A stretch of 64,000 bases of DNA from an uncultured Elusimicrobia bacterium (GCA_963702895.1 OY969767.1:2240001-2304000), one strand, 5' to 3'; shown: positions 38,249 to 49,610, counted from the stretch's first letter. The notes: a model not told the origin generated them from the letters alone. Made by a program: numbers and translations.

Positions 38249-39658
38249 TTATCGGGCGAAGGTGACAAAGCCGAGGAGATAGGCGACGTCCTTATCCTCG
38301 AAGGCGACATTGACGACGCCATGGAGGTTCGTTGTTTCCGCGATATCATCCGACGTGATGCCGGCCGTGAGCCACTGGTTCAGTTTCACACGCGCCCCCG
38401 CGCTGTAATTGGGGTTGGTAAAGTGCCGGCCTTTAATGATGGCGTCGCGGCCAAAGTCCGACCCCTGCCCCAAAAGCTCCAGGCGATTGAGGACCGGCAC
38501 CTCGGTATTCTGGAAGGGGCGGTAGCGGGCCTCGACGCCTCCGCGCGATTTGATCATCCCGACGGCCCCCGTGAAGGACCCCCAATGCTGACCGATGAGC
38601 GCCGTAATGGTATTGGTCCTCTCGTAATCCTGGTCGTCCTCGCGCGTGCTGCCCGAGAAGGACAGGTGCTGCCCCATAATCTCATAAAACTTGTTGGGCC
38701 GTGGCTCAAGCCTCAGTCCCACATCTCCTTTGGACTGGCCCACACGGAAATCCTGTCGTCCCTGCACGATCCAGAACGCCCTCACCTTGGTGAAGCGCGC
38801 CAGGACCTCTTTGGCGGATTCGCTGGTCTGCTTGAGGTTGGTCACCGTGTCCTTGATGTCCTCACCCGTCTTTTTATCATTCAGGAGCACGCCGAGCGTG
38901 CCTTCCCCGCGCTGCACGCCGGCCAGGATCGTGTTGGACTTATCCAGGGTTTCCTTGAGGTTGCGAATGGCGGATTTGATTTCCTCTTTGCTCGATTTCA
39001 AGATCTCATCCAGGTGGCTGGCCACCGACTTGGCGTGCTCAGAGAAGGACTCGACATTCTTCACAATCGTGACCAGGGCCTGGCGCTGCTGGCCGACCGC
39101 GGCATTGAGCGAATCGGTGATCTGACGGAGGTTTTCCATGGTCGCGTTGAGGTTCGACCCCAGCTTTCCTCCGCCGGTAATGTCATCGAGGGATTTGGCC
39201 ACGCGTTCCATGAGCTCGTCAATGGAGAGCGTATCCTGGCCGCGCAGCGTCTCGCCGCCCTGAAGTTGCTGGTCCTGCGGCGACAGGTTCGGGTCGGGCC
39301 TGCCGGGATCCAGCGCAATAAATTTGGTGCCGATAATGCCGGTGCTGCGAATACGCACCGCGGCGTTCTTATAAATCGGGATCCCCTTTTGGAGCGCCAT
39401 CGTGATGTGCGCGCGCCCGTCCTCAAGCTCCACGGCCTTGACGGACCCCACCTCGACGCCAAAAATCTTCACGGGGGACTTGTCCGTGATGCCTTCGATG
39501 CTGTTAAAGGTGGCGTGGAAATAGTTCTGCGGACGAAACCGGATGTCTCCCAACATGAGGATGCTGATCATCAGGACCGCAACACCCATCAGGACAAAAA
39601 GACCGACCTTGCTTTCGGCGGAAAGCCGCGGGGTGTTCTCCGGGTCAAGCTCACTCAT
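38249..39658 (-). CDS. mlaD: MCE/MlaD protein with long helical region and beta-rich C-terminus
   Basis: KVGLFV transmembrane segment; MCE motif SPVKIFGVEVGSV...GIIGTKFIAL. Confidence 0.85.
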   Translation of the reverse strand: MSELDPENTPRLSAESKVGLFVLMGVAVLMISILMLGDIRFRPQNYFHATFNSIEGITDKSPVKIFGVEVGSVKAVELEDGRAHITMALQKGIPIYKNAAVRIRSTGIIGTKFIALDPGRPDPNLSPQDQQLQGGETLRGQDTLSIDELMERVAKSLDDITGGGKLGSNLNATMENLRQITDSLNAAVGQQRQALVTIVKNVESFSEHAKSVASHLDEILKSSKEEIKSAIRNLKETLDKSNTILAGVQRGEGTLGVLLNDKKTGEDIKDTVTNLKQTSESAKEVLARFTKVRAFWIVQGRQDFRVGQSKGDVGLRLEPRPNKFYEIMGQHLSFSGSTREDDQDYERTNTITALIGQHWGSFTGAVGMIKSRGGVEARYRPFQNTEVPVLNRLELLGQGSDFGRDAIIKGRHFTNPNYSAGARVKLNQWLTAGITSDDIAETTNLHGVVNVAFEDKDVAYLLGFVTFAR

Positions 39659-40412
39659 AGGCTCTCACCTTCATCTGAATGGGACCCTGGGCGGAACCGG
39701 TGACAAACTGCTGCACGACGGGGTTGGTTGAATTCTTGATATTGTCCGGCGTGTCAATTTGAATAATTCTCCCTTCGTAAAGCATCGCGATACGACTGGA
39801 TATTTTATAAGCGGACCGCATGTCGTGCGTGATCACGACCCCCGTTTGGCCCAGTTTCGTGTGCAAATCGACGATCAGATCATTGATGACGTCGGACATG
39901 ATCGGATCAAGCCCCGTCGTCGGCTCATCATAGAATAAATATTTGGGGCCCATGGCGATGGAACGGGCGATTGAAACACGCTTGCGCATGCCGCCGGAGA
40001 GCTCCGAAGGTTTCAGGCGCTCAATACCGTGAAGTCCGACGAGCGCGAGCTTCTCCTCAACGGTGCTGCGGAGCTCCTTGTCCGTCACCTGTCCCAGCTG
40101 TCTCAGACCAAAGGCGACGTTTTCTCCGACCGTGAGCGAATCAAACAAGGCGCCTCCCTGAAAGACGTAGGAGAATTGGCGCTGCGTTCCAGAGAGCTCC
40201 TCCTCGCGCATCTGTGTGATGTCCTGGCCGTCCACGACAATACGCCCCCGATCGGCTTTGAGCAACCCTAGCATGAGCTTGAGCGTCACGCTTTTACCCG
40301 TGCCGGAGCCTCCGATGATCGTGAGGGTCTCGCCGTCACGAACGTCGAGCGTACAGCCCCGCAGGACCCGGTTGCGTCCAAACGCCTTATGAACATTCTC
40401 GAATAGAATCAC
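39651..40412 (-). CDS. mlaF: Mla ABC transporter ATPase
   Basis: GGSGTGKS, LSGGMRKR and YDEPTTGLDP. Confidence 0.9.
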   Translation of the reverse strand: MILFENVHKAFGRNRVLRGCTLDVRDGETLTIIGGSGTGKSVTLKLMLGLLKADRGRIVVDGQDITQMREEELSGTQRQFSYVFQGGALFDSLTVGENVAFGLRQLGQVTDKELRSTVEEKLALVGLHGIERLKPSELSGGMRKRVSIARSIAMGPKYLFYDEPTTGLDPIMSDVINDLIVDLHTKLGQTGVVITHDMRSAYKISSRIAMLYEGRIIQIDTPDNIKNSTNPVVQQFVTGSAQGPIQMKVRAYE

Positions 40413-40477
40413 ACCATTAACCCGAAATCTTCCTTTGGAATAGCTTTATCGTCCGGCCCTGATGCACTTTTCTGTGC

Positions 40478-40564
40478 CGTCATCCCCCCCGGCCGTAAGG
40501 GGGGGATCCATCATTTCGTTGACGAAGATGATAGACCCCGGCTAACGGCCGCCGGGGTGACGGC
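40478..40564. repeat. GTCATCCCC...GGGGTGAC palindromic element
   Basis: Related to 54950-55119. Confidence 0.65.
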
Positions 40565-40591
40565 TCTACTATCGAGTACGAACTTCCCCGG

Positions 40592-41404
40592 TTAACCGAT
40601 TCCAAACGAGACCAGGATCGCCGACAAGAAGTAGTCGAGCACCAGCACCAGCACCATCGAGATCACCACGGCGCTCGTCGTGGCCTTGCCGACGCCCTCG
40701 GCGCCTCCCTCACAGGTAAACCCCTTGTAGCAGGAGACCACGACGATAATGACCGCAAAGAACACGGACTTCGTAAGGCCGTGCACGCATTCTCGCCACC
40801 CTATTTCTTTAATTTCGTTCAGATAGACCGTCATGGGGATGCCCAGACGATAGATGGAGACGATCTCTCCGCCGATGATGCCGATAAAGATGGCGAACAT
40901 CGTCAAAAGCGGAATGCTCAAAAGGCATGCGATAAAGCGCGGGACCGCGAGATACTTCACGGGGTTGGTCCCCAGCGTATAGAGCGCGTCAATTTGCTCC
41001 GTCACCTTCATGGTCCCCAGTTCCGCCGCAATGGCCGCGCCCACGCGCCCCGACACCACGACCGCCGTGAGGACCGGGCCCAGCTCCTTGGTGAGCGAAA
41101 GCCCCACCACGGTCCCGACGTAGAGCGGTTCGTTGAAAACTTTGCGGAAGGAATAGCCCGTTTGAAGGGCAAGCACCATCCCCGTGAAGAGGCTGGTGAG
41201 CGCCGTGACCGGAAACGATTCCACGCCGATTGCCACGATCTGCTCGTAGACCGCGCCGCGCTGGGCGGATTTGAGCCAATAAATCGTTTGGCGGGTGAGG
41301 ATCACCATCCTGCCCATGGCTTCCGCGATCGAGACGAGCGTCCCTCCTAAAAGCTGAAGGAGCTTCTGCTCAAAAGGCGATTCGACGACTTCTTCTTCAC
41401 TCAT
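40592..41404 (-). CDS. mlaE: Mla ABC transporter permease
   Basis: ELGPVL...AAELGTMKVTEQIDAL and GAEGVGKATT. Confidence 0.93.
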   Translation of the reverse strand: MSEEEVVESPFEQKLLQLLGGTLVSIAEAMGRMVILTRQTIYWLKSAQRGAVYEQIVAIGVESFPVTALTSLFTGMVLALQTGYSFRKVFNEPLYVGTVVGLSLTKELGPVLTAVVVSGRVGAAIAAELGTMKVTEQIDALYTLGTNPVKYLAVPRFIACLLSIPLLTMFAIFIGIIGGEIVSIYRLGIPMTVYLNEIKEIGWRECVHGLTKSVFFAVIIVVVSCYKGFTCEGGAEGVGKATTSAVVISMVLVLVLDYFLSAILVSFGIG

Positions 41405-42563
41405 GCGTCATCACCCTTGGGACACGATCCGCAAGTCCGCAAAGAATCTCATAGGCGTTGGTTTGCGCCCACTCCGCCATCTCGAGCGCCGTGATCGTTT
41501 GCGTTCCCTGAGTCCCCAGGAGCACCACCTCATCCCCCACGCGACAGGGGTCGATGTCCGTAACGTCGACCATGGTCATGTCCATCGTCACGCGCCCCAG
41601 GACCGGAGCGCGCCGGCCCTGCAGGAGGACCTGTCCCTTGTTGGAAAGCAGGCGCGGCAGGCCGTCCGCGTAACCCACGGCGAGCGTCGCCACAAGCGTC
41701 TTGCGCCGGGCGGTCCAGGTCCGGGCATAGCTGATGCTTGAACCCGCCGGGACCGTCTTCAAGAAAATGATCCGCGATTTCCAGGTCATCGCTTGTTTTA
41801 ACGAAATCTTCTGGCTGGCGCCAAGGAAAGGATCGACACCATAAAACGCGATACCGGGACGAACCAGGTTCCCGTGCGTTTCGGCAAAACGCAACATCGC
41901 TGACGAGTTGGCCATATGGACCCACCGGGGAGAAATGCCGGCCTCACGGGCGGCCTGAATGACGGATCTAAACGCGGATGCCTGCTCGCGCGTGTAGACA
42001 GGGTCGACATCGGAACTTGCGAAATGGGTGTAGAGGCCTTCCAGCTCCAGGCCCCGCATCGCGGCGACCTGCGTAATGAAACCCAGCGCATTCAGAGTGG
42101 AAACACCGATGCGCCCGAAACCGGTATCGATCTTCAGGTGGACCGGCAGGGATCTTCCTTTTTGCGTCGCCATACGGTCCAGCGCCTGAGCGGCCTCGAG
42201 GCTTGCGACCGTGGGGGTGAGCCGGTAGTCAAAAAGAGGGGCAAAACTCTCGAACGGGAATAGGCTCCCCAGGATGAGAACCGGGACCTGGAAACCGGCC
42301 TTGCGTAGCTGGATCCCCTCCTCCACGCTTGAAACCCCCAGGTAGGCCGCCCCCTCTTCCACCGCGACCTTGGCGACAGAAAGAATCCCGAGACCATAAC
42401 CGTTGGCTTTCACCACCGCCAGCATCTGGACGTCGGGGGCGAGTTGGGAGCGCAGGGCACGCCAATTCGCGCGCAGGGCGCCCTCGTGGACTTCAAGCCA
42501 ACAGGGTCTGAAAAAAGAGGAGGTCGTGGAGGGAGTCGAGCTCAGGCTGGCCGCGGCGCTCAC
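41397..42563 (-). CDS. alr: Alanine racemase
   Basis: AVVKANGYG, HLKIDTG and GYADG. Confidence 0.96.
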   Translation of the reverse strand: MSAAASLSSTPSTTSSFFRPCWLEVHEGALRANWRALRSQLAPDVQMLAVVKANGYGLGILSVAKVAVEEGAAYLGVSSVEEGIQLRKAGFQVPVLILGSLFPFESFAPLFDYRLTPTVASLEAAQALDRMATQKGRSLPVHLKIDTGFGRIGVSTLNALGFITQVAAMRGLELEGLYTHFASSDVDPVYTREQASAFRSVIQAAREAGISPRWVHMANSSAMLRFAETHGNLVRPGIAFYGVDPFLGASQKISLKQAMTWKSRIIFLKTVPAGSSISYARTWTARRKTLVATLAVGYADGLPRLLSNKGQVLLQGRRAPVLGRVTMDMTMVDVTDIDPCRVGDEVVLLGTQGTQTITALEMAEWAQTNAYEILCGLADRVPRVMTHE

Positions 42564-43951
42564 GCCACCGGCTCCGGAATGCCCGTCGGCGCGAGGTTTT
42601 CAAATTTGGTGAATTCCCGAAGGAAAGCAAGCTCTATTTCACCCGTAGGGCCGTTGCGCTGTTTGGCGATGATGATCTTCGCTTTGCCCTGATGGTCGAG
42701 CTCCTGCGGCTTATAGACTTCCTCGCGAAAGATAAAAGCGACGAGGTCGGCGTCTTGTTCGATCGCGCCCGATTCGCGCAGGTCCGAAAGCTGAGGGCGG
42801 CCCTCCCGGCCTTTTTCCTCCGGGCGGCGGGAAAGCTGCGAGAGGGCCATCACGGGGACCCGCAGGTCGCGGGCCAGGGCCTTCAGGTTACGGGAAATTT
42901 CGGAGATTTCCTGCTGGCGGCTCTCCACGCGGCCCATCCCCCGCATGAGCTGCAGATAGTCCACCATGATCAGGGCCAGCGGCGTCCCCTTGGCGGAGAG
43001 TTCCGCGGCCAGGCGCCTCGCGCGAGCGCGCATTTCAAGAACGGAAAGTGCGGAGCTGTCATCGATATAAATGGGGGCTTGCGCAATCTGGCTGGCGGCG
43101 GAGGTCAGGGTGTTCCAGTAGCGCTTTTCAAGATAGCCGCGGCGCACCTTGTGGCTGTCCACCCGGGACTGGGAACAAAGCAGGCGAAGCATCAGCTCTT
43201 CCCGGGACATTTCCAGCGAAAAGATCGCCACGGGCTTTTTTTCATGGATGGCGACGTGCTCCGCGATGTTGAGGGCGAGGCTTGTCTTCCCCATCGAAGG
43301 GCGTCCGGCGATGATGATGAGGTTCGAAGGCTGAAAGCCCGCCGTCATGGTGTCGATCTCGGAAAAGCCGGTCGGGACCCCAGTGACGTGCGCCTTTCTC
43401 TGGTAAAGCTTTTCGACCGTTTCGATCACGTCATGGACAAGCTCCGAGACCGACACAAACCCTTTTTCCGCTTTGGCCTGCGCGATATTAAAGATCTCGC
43501 GCTCGGCGGCGTCCAAGAGGTCCGAAACGTCCCCCTCCTGGTTGAACGCCGAGGTGACGATTTGCGTCGACACCTCGATGAGACGCCGCAGGACCGCCTT
43601 ATCTTTGACGATGCGGGCATAGTAATCGACGTTGGCTGCCGTGGGCAACACATTGGCGAGGTCGGTCAGGTACGAGGATCCCCCGATCTCGGTGAGGAGC
43701 TTCTGGTTTTTGAGATGCTCGCCCACCGTCACCACATCGACCGCCGCGCCCTCGGAGAACAGATGCGCGATGGTCCGGAAGATATGTTGATGGGCGGGCT
43801 TGTAAAAGGAGTGTTCGTCGAGGAGGTCGAGGACCTTCGCCTGGGCTTCGCGCTCAATGAGCATGGCGCCCAGGACAGCCATTTCCGCCTCCAAGGCTTG
43901 AGGCGGGGTTTTGTCAATCAGATAAGAACTCATTTGGAAATCACTCTTCAA
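42560..43951 (-). CDS. dnaB: Replicative DNA helicase (likely start ATG 43933)
   Basis: PPQALEAE, GRPSMGKT, DYLQL and DLRESGAIEQDAD. Confidence 0.98.
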   Translation of the reverse strand: MKSDFQMSSYLIDKTPPQALEAEMAVLGAMLIEREAQAKVLDLLDEHSFYKPAHQHIFRTIAHLFSEGAAVDVVTVGEHLKNQKLLTEIGGSSYLTDLANVLPTAANVDYYARIVKDKAVLRRLIEVSTQIVTSAFNQEGDVSDLLDAAEREIFNIAQAKAEKGFVSVSELVHDVIETVEKLYQRKAHVTGVPTGFSEIDTMTAGFQPSNLIIIAGRPSMGKTSLALNIAEHVAIHEKKPVAIFSLEMSREELMLRLLCSQSRVDSHKVRRGYLEKRYWNTLTSAASQIAQAPIYIDDSSALSVLEMRARARRLAAELSAKGTPLALIMVDYLQLMRGMGRVESRQQEISEISRNLKALARDLRVPVMALSQLSRRPEEKGREGRPQLSDLRESGAIEQDADLVAFIFREEVYKPQELDHQGKAKIIIAKQRNGPTGEIELAFLREFTKFENLAPTGIPEPVA

Positions 43952-44024
43952 TCTGACCAGAACTTTTTAGCCCTGGACGGAGGCGCGCCGGAGCGCCGCG
44001 CGCTCAACGGCCGCGCGTGGCGTT

Positions 44025-44486
44025 CTAGCCGTTCTCTCCGACGATCGTGATTTTAAGTTGTGCCGCAATGCCATTGCCCAAATGCACGAGGACGCTCACG
44101 GGCCCCGTCTGCTTGAGAGGCCCCCGCAGCTCGATCATGCGACGGTCCACCGTGATACTTTCTTTGGAAAGGGCGTCCTTGATCTCCTGCCGCGTGACCG
44201 AACCGAAGAGGCGCCCCTCGTCGCTCGCTTTGGCCGCAATCGTCAGGGTGAGGGCCTCGATTCTCTGAGCGACGGACTCCGCGCCCTGACGGAGCTTCTC
44301 GGCTTTGGCGAGCGTCCCCTGGCGTTCAGTTTCCCATTGGCGCAGGGCGCCCTCGGAAGCGGGAAACGCCAGCTTGCGCGGGAAAAGATAATTCCGGGCG
44401 TATCCTGAGGCCACTTTTTTTACGTCGCCTGCGTGCGCGATGCCGCGCACGTCACTTCGAAACACCACTTTCATCGCATGGGGCAT
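44025..44486 (-). CDS. rplI: 50S ribosomal protein L9
   Basis: GYARNYLFP and GRLFGSVT. Confidence 0.97.
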   Translation of the reverse strand: MPHAMKVVFRSDVRGIAHAGDVKKVASGYARNYLFPRKLAFPASEGALRQWETERQGTLAKAEKLRQGAESVAQRIEALTLTIAAKASDEGRLFGSVTRQEIKDALSKESITVDRRMIELRGPLKQTGPVSVLVHLGNGIAAQLKITIVGENG

Positions 44487-44495
44487 GAGATCCTC

Positions 44496-44804
44496 CTAAA
44501 CCACCAAATAAGGCAGGAGCGCGATGTTGCGCGCCCGCTTGATCGCGCGCGTCAGCATCCGGTGGTGCTTGGCGCAGTTGCCTGTGGAACGGCCGGAAAT
44601 GAGCTTGCCGCGTTCGGTGATGAAATTGCGCAGAAGCGTCATGTTCTTGTAATCGATCTCCACGACGCGGTCGACGCAAAAACGGCAGGCTTTGCGGCGA
44701 GGCGGCCCCCATCGCCGGGGGCGGCCGCCGCCTTCCTCCGAGCGGGGCCCGCCGGGTTTCATGCCTCCTCTGCGACGTGGTGCTGCGGTGATAGGTGCCA
44801 TCAT
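44496..44804 (-). CDS. rpsR: 30S ribosomal protein S18 (Zn-binding form)
   Basis: CRFC, IDYKN and AIKRAR...LLPY. Confidence 0.97.
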   Translation of the reverse strand: MMAPITAAPRRRGGMKPGGPRSEEGGGRPRRWGPPRRKACRFCVDRVVEIDYKNMTLLRNFITERGKLISGRSTGNCAKHHRMLTRAIKRARNIALLPYLVV

Positions 44805-44819
44805 AAGGTCCTTTCTCGT

Positions 44820-45317
44820 TTAAAACGGGATCTCGTCGCCCGCTGTGCTGGACGCGGAGCTTGAAGCCCCAACGGTAGCCGGTTCCGAAAACGACGCGCT
44901 GGAGGAAGCTTCGGCGGCGCCTTCTGTCTCTTCTGAATCCTGAGTGGACGGGGCTCCCTCGCCCGTCATCTTGGCCAAGAATTGGAGCCGGTAGGCTTCG
45001 ACTTCCATGCCGGAGCGCTTTTGACCCTCCTTGGTTTCCCAACTTGTACTCCGCAGACGGCCTTCGACATAGAGCGGGCTGCCCTTTTTGAGACGTTCTT
45101 TGCAGCGCTCGGCCGCGTCCCGCCAAACCGTCACGGGAACAAAGGTGGTGTCATCGCGCCATTCGCCGGTGGAATCCTTATAACGCCTGTTCACCGCCAT
45201 GTCCAGGCGGGCCACGGCTTGGCCCTTGGACGTGTAGCGGACTTCAGGGTCACGCGTGAGCCGGCCAACCAGCCGGACATCATTCATCTGCAACAGTCGA
45301 AGGACGGTAGGGGTCAT
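44820..45317 (-). CDS. ssb: Single-stranded DNA-binding protein
   Basis: GRLTRDPEVRY; C-terminal DEIPF. Confidence 0.97.
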   Translation of the reverse strand: MTPTVLRLLQMNDVRLVGRLTRDPEVRYTSKGQAVARLDMAVNRRYKDSTGEWRDDTTFVPVTVWRDAAERCKERLKKGSPLYVEGRLRSTSWETKEGQKRSGMEVEAYRLQFLAKMTGEGAPSTQDSEETEGAAEASSSASFSEPATVGASSSASSTAGDEIPF

Positions 45318-45844
45318 GCGAGAGTTCCTCCTTGAGATGTTTCAGCGGCCGGGACGGCCGCGGGCGCGCTTTCCGGCGCCTTGGCCGCGGGCGCGCTTTC
45401 CGGCGCCTTGGCCGCGGGCGCGCTTTCCGGCGCCTTGGCCGCGGGCGCGCTTTCCGGGCGGGAGCGGCCGCTACCCGAAGGACGCGAGCTATGGCGCGCT
45501 CCTTCGGCTTGTCCCGCGGGGCGTTCTCGCCTGGGCGGGAAAGACTTGTGTTTCTTGATCACCCGGGTGGTCAGGTGGCGAATGACGATATCGGTCACAT
45601 TGTAGAGATGCTCGATCGCCTGGACAGCGCCGGCTTCCGCCGTAAAACTGATCACGGTATAGAACCCTTCCCGGTGGCCCCCAATCGAATAGGCCATGCG
45701 GCGTTTTCCCCAACGATCTTCGGATGTGATGCTCCCCTGGTTGGAGGTGATCGCTTGCTTGATCTTGGCGATCAACTGGTCGACCTGGTCGTTGGAGATA
45801 TCCGGCTCTGCGATAAAGACTGTTTCGTACGTAGTTGAGGACAC
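45314..45844 (-). CDS. rpsF: 30S ribosomal protein S6 with 27-bp tandem-repeat tail (PESAPAAKA)
   Basis: YETVFI and WGKRRMAYSI; GTG 45844 follows an AAGGAG RBS. Confidence 0.95.
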   Translation of the reverse strand: MSSTTYETVFIAEPDISNDQVDQLIAKIKQAITSNQGSITSEDRWGKRRMAYSIGGHREGFYTVISFTAEAGAVQAIEHLYNVTDIVIRHLTTRVIKKHKSFPPRRERPAGQAEGARHSSRPSGSGRSRPESAPAAKAPESAPAAKAPESAPAAKAPESAPAAVPAAETSQGGTLA

Positions 45845-45929
45845 GAGTTGTGTCTCCTTTCTGGTTGATGCCCAGCTTGTTTCGCGGGAGGCCCCGAGAA
45901 TGCCGAGCAAAGGAGTCTTGCTTAGTGAT

Positions 45930-46208
45930 TTACGAGCGAGATGATACCAAAATCCGGTACTCGACTTCTCCCTTTTTCACATAGCCGAGGTGCTTGCGGA
46001 TGAGGTATTCCGTGTAGGCGGGGTCCTTCTGGAGGCGCGCCCATTCCGCTTCCAGCGCCGTATGCTCCGCCCGGAGGCGCGTCAGCAAGCGTTCCAACTT
46101 GCGCTTTTCGCGCGTCCTGACGACAAGATTGCGAAATCCCTCATTGGCAAAGAGGAAAAACGCCGCCGCGGCCACCCCGCCCCACCAATAAAGTCTCTTC
46201 TTATTAAT
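45930..46208 (-). CDS. ftsB: Septum formation initiator FtsB/DivIC (probable ATT start)
   Basis: Transmembrane segment plus coiled coil and RKHLGYVKKGE; lies downstream of eno. Confidence 0.8.
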   Translation of the reverse strand: MNKKRLYWWGGVAAAAFFLFANEGFRNLVVRTREKRKLERLLTRLRAEHTALEAEWARLQKDPAYTEYLIRKHLGYVKKGEVEYRILVSSRS

Positions 46209-46235
46209 GGTGTCTCTCCCTCATCCTTAATTCAC

Positions 46236-46400
46236 GCGGCGGGTGTATGCCTCGCCTTCCCCGCGCGGGCGGTTCCTGTACACCCGCTTCGGATGGGACC
46301 ACTCCCCCCATCCCCCAGCTCCGCTGGTGGCTCTCCGCCCATCCTCGCGGGTTTGTCGAACCTTACGCGCGGATTCAGGCATCGGCATACACCATCCGTT
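46236..46400 (-). ncRNA. Rod-shaped structured RNA, 6S RNA candidate
   Basis: Nested stems GGTGTATGCC/GGCATACACC, CCGCGCG/CGCGCGG, GGTTC/GAACC, ACCCGC/GCGGGT and GGATGGG/CCCATCC; upstream TG-c-TATAGT. Confidence 0.4.
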
Positions 46401-46478
46401 GACCCATCACTATTCCCAAGGCATCTGGACTCATCGCCCGTTTGTATGGGCAACTATAGCACCCGAGCCTTATCCAGA

Positions 46479-46652
46479 CCGCATCGGGTCCAGGGGTCAG
46501 GAGGGCGACTGTGCGGCTTTAGCGACGAAGGCCGGAGCGTCATGGATGGCGCCGGACGTCATAAAGCCATCCAGGTCCGGCCGAGGAGTGGTCCAATCGC
46601 TGCGATTGGAAAAGACGCACCGGAGCCCGGATGAACCCTGGACCCGATGCGG
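46479..46652. repeat. Structured element with 17-bp terminal inverted repeat downstream of eno
   Basis: ccgcatcgggtccaggg ... ccctggacccgatgcgg. Confidence 0.65.
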
Positions 46653-46682
46653 GCGGACCTACACATAGGGCGATGCTCGTTA

Positions 46683-48121
<1,439 letters not shown>

Positions 48122-48131
48122 ATAAGCGCTG

Positions 48132-49610
48132 TTACTCTTGAATGAGTTTTGTTCCGATTTTTTCGAGTTCTTTGAGTTTCCGCGGCGAGTCCGACTCCAG
48201 ATACAGGCGAACCACAGGCTCCGTCCCGGAAAGCCGAACTCCCATCCAGCTCTCATCCTGAAACACAAATTTGAAGCCGTCCATACGGACGATTTTTTTC
48301 ACGGAGAGGCCCTCGATCTCATTGGGGGTAAAGGTCTCAAACCGTTTGCGCACCCCTTGCATGGTGTCCGTGGATAAGTGGAGGTTCACGCGCTTAGAAT
48401 AATAGGGACCGACCCTGGCTCGGAGCTCCTTCAAAATCTCGCGGAAAGGCTTCCTTTCAAGCGCTCGCACTTCGGCCATGAGCAGACAGGCCAGCACTCC
48501 ATCTTTTTCAGGGACATGCCCGCGGATGGTCAGGCCGCCGGACTCTTCGCCTCCCATCAGAAAGCCGCCGGCCAGCATCGCTTCGGCTATGTACTTAAAG
48601 CCAACGGGAGTCTCTTTGAGCTCAAGGCCAAAGTGCCGGGCCACGGCATCGAGAAAATGGGAGGTCATGACGCTTCGTACGACCAGGCCTTTCCAACGCC
48701 TGGTTTTGACCAAATGCTGAAGGACAATCGGCAAGATTTCGTTGGGCGAAAGGAGTGTGCCGTCCTCGTCCATCACCCCAAAACGGTCCGCGTCGCCATC
48801 GGTGCCAAAGCCCGCGACGAGTTTCTCCTTTTTCATCACGCGAACCATTTCCGCGAGCTGTTCCTGGGCGGGTTCAGGGGGACGGCCGCCAAAGTTGACG
48901 TCACGCCAGTCGTGCAGGACCACCGTCCGGCAGCCGGCCGCTTTCAAAAAGGCATCCAGATACCCCTGCCCAGTGCCGTAAAGGACGTCCGCGGCGACCT
49001 TCAGTTTGGCTTTTTTAAGCAAGGAGACGTCGATGATGTTCTTCAGCCGCGCCAAATAGGCTGGGCGCGGGTCCAAGAGTCGTATCGGGGTAACGGGGTA
49101 ACGGGGTAACGGAGTTGAGCCTTGGTGTGACTCCGATACTCCGGTACTCCGATACTCCGTTACCGAATTGGCGAGGCGTTCAATCTCGTGGGTCACCTCC
49201 GGAGAGGACGGGGCGCCATTGGCCATATTGAATTTAATGCCGTTGTACTCGGCCGGGTTGTGGCTGGCCGTGAAATTAATGCCGCCCGCCGCTTTTTGAT
49301 GGATCACCTGGAAGGACACGACAGGCGTCGGAACGGGATCTTTGGACAAGAGCACCGGAAACCCATAGGACGAAACGATGTCCGCGGACATCTTGGCGAG
49401 CTCCGGAGAGAGGAAGCGTGTGTCGTAACCGATCACGACTGGCGAATCGGCGATTCCCCGGTTCCCCGATTCGCCGGTTCCCTGGTTCGATCCATCACGC
49501 TGATTGGAAAGGTGCTGACTGATCGCATGCACGACGCGACGGACATTCTCGAAGGTAAACTCTTCCGCGATGACCGCGCGCCAGCCGGAGGTTCCAAAAC
49601 GAATGCTCAT
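48132..49610 (-). CDS. Phosphoglucomutase/phosphomannomutase with two in-frame repeat insertions
   Basis: FGTSGWR, TASHNP, DGDADR and GGEESGG. Confidence 0.95.
   Translation of the reverse strand: MSIRFGTSGWRAVIAEEFTFENVRRVVHAISQHLSNQRDGSNQGTGESGNRGIADSPVVIGYDTRFLSPELAKMSADIVSSYGFPVLLSKDPVPTPVVSFQVIHQKAAGGINFTASHNPAEYNGIKFNMANGAPSSPEVTHEIERLANSVTEYRSTGVSESHQGSTPLPRYPVTPIRLLDPRPAYLARLKNIIDVSLLKKAKLKVAADVLYGTGQGYLDAFLKAAGCRTVVLHDWRDVNFGGRPPEPAQEQLAEMVRVMKKEKLVAGFGTDGDADRFGVMDEDGTLLSPNEILPIVLQHLVKTRRWKGLVVRSVMTSHFLDAVARHFGLELKETPVGFKYIAEAMLAGGFLMGGEESGGLTIRGHVPEKDGVLACLLMAEVRALERKPFREILKELRARVGPYYSKRVNLHLSTDTMQGVRKRFETFTPNEIEGLSVKKIVRMDGFKFVFQDESWMGVRLSGTEPVVRLYLESDSPRKLKELEKIGTKLIQE

Noticed and set aside
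45355..45460. 27-bp repeats in rpsF and 21-bp repeats in motB (58120-58185) as regulatory elements
   Set aside because: In-frame low-complexity tail expansions, which are ordinary.
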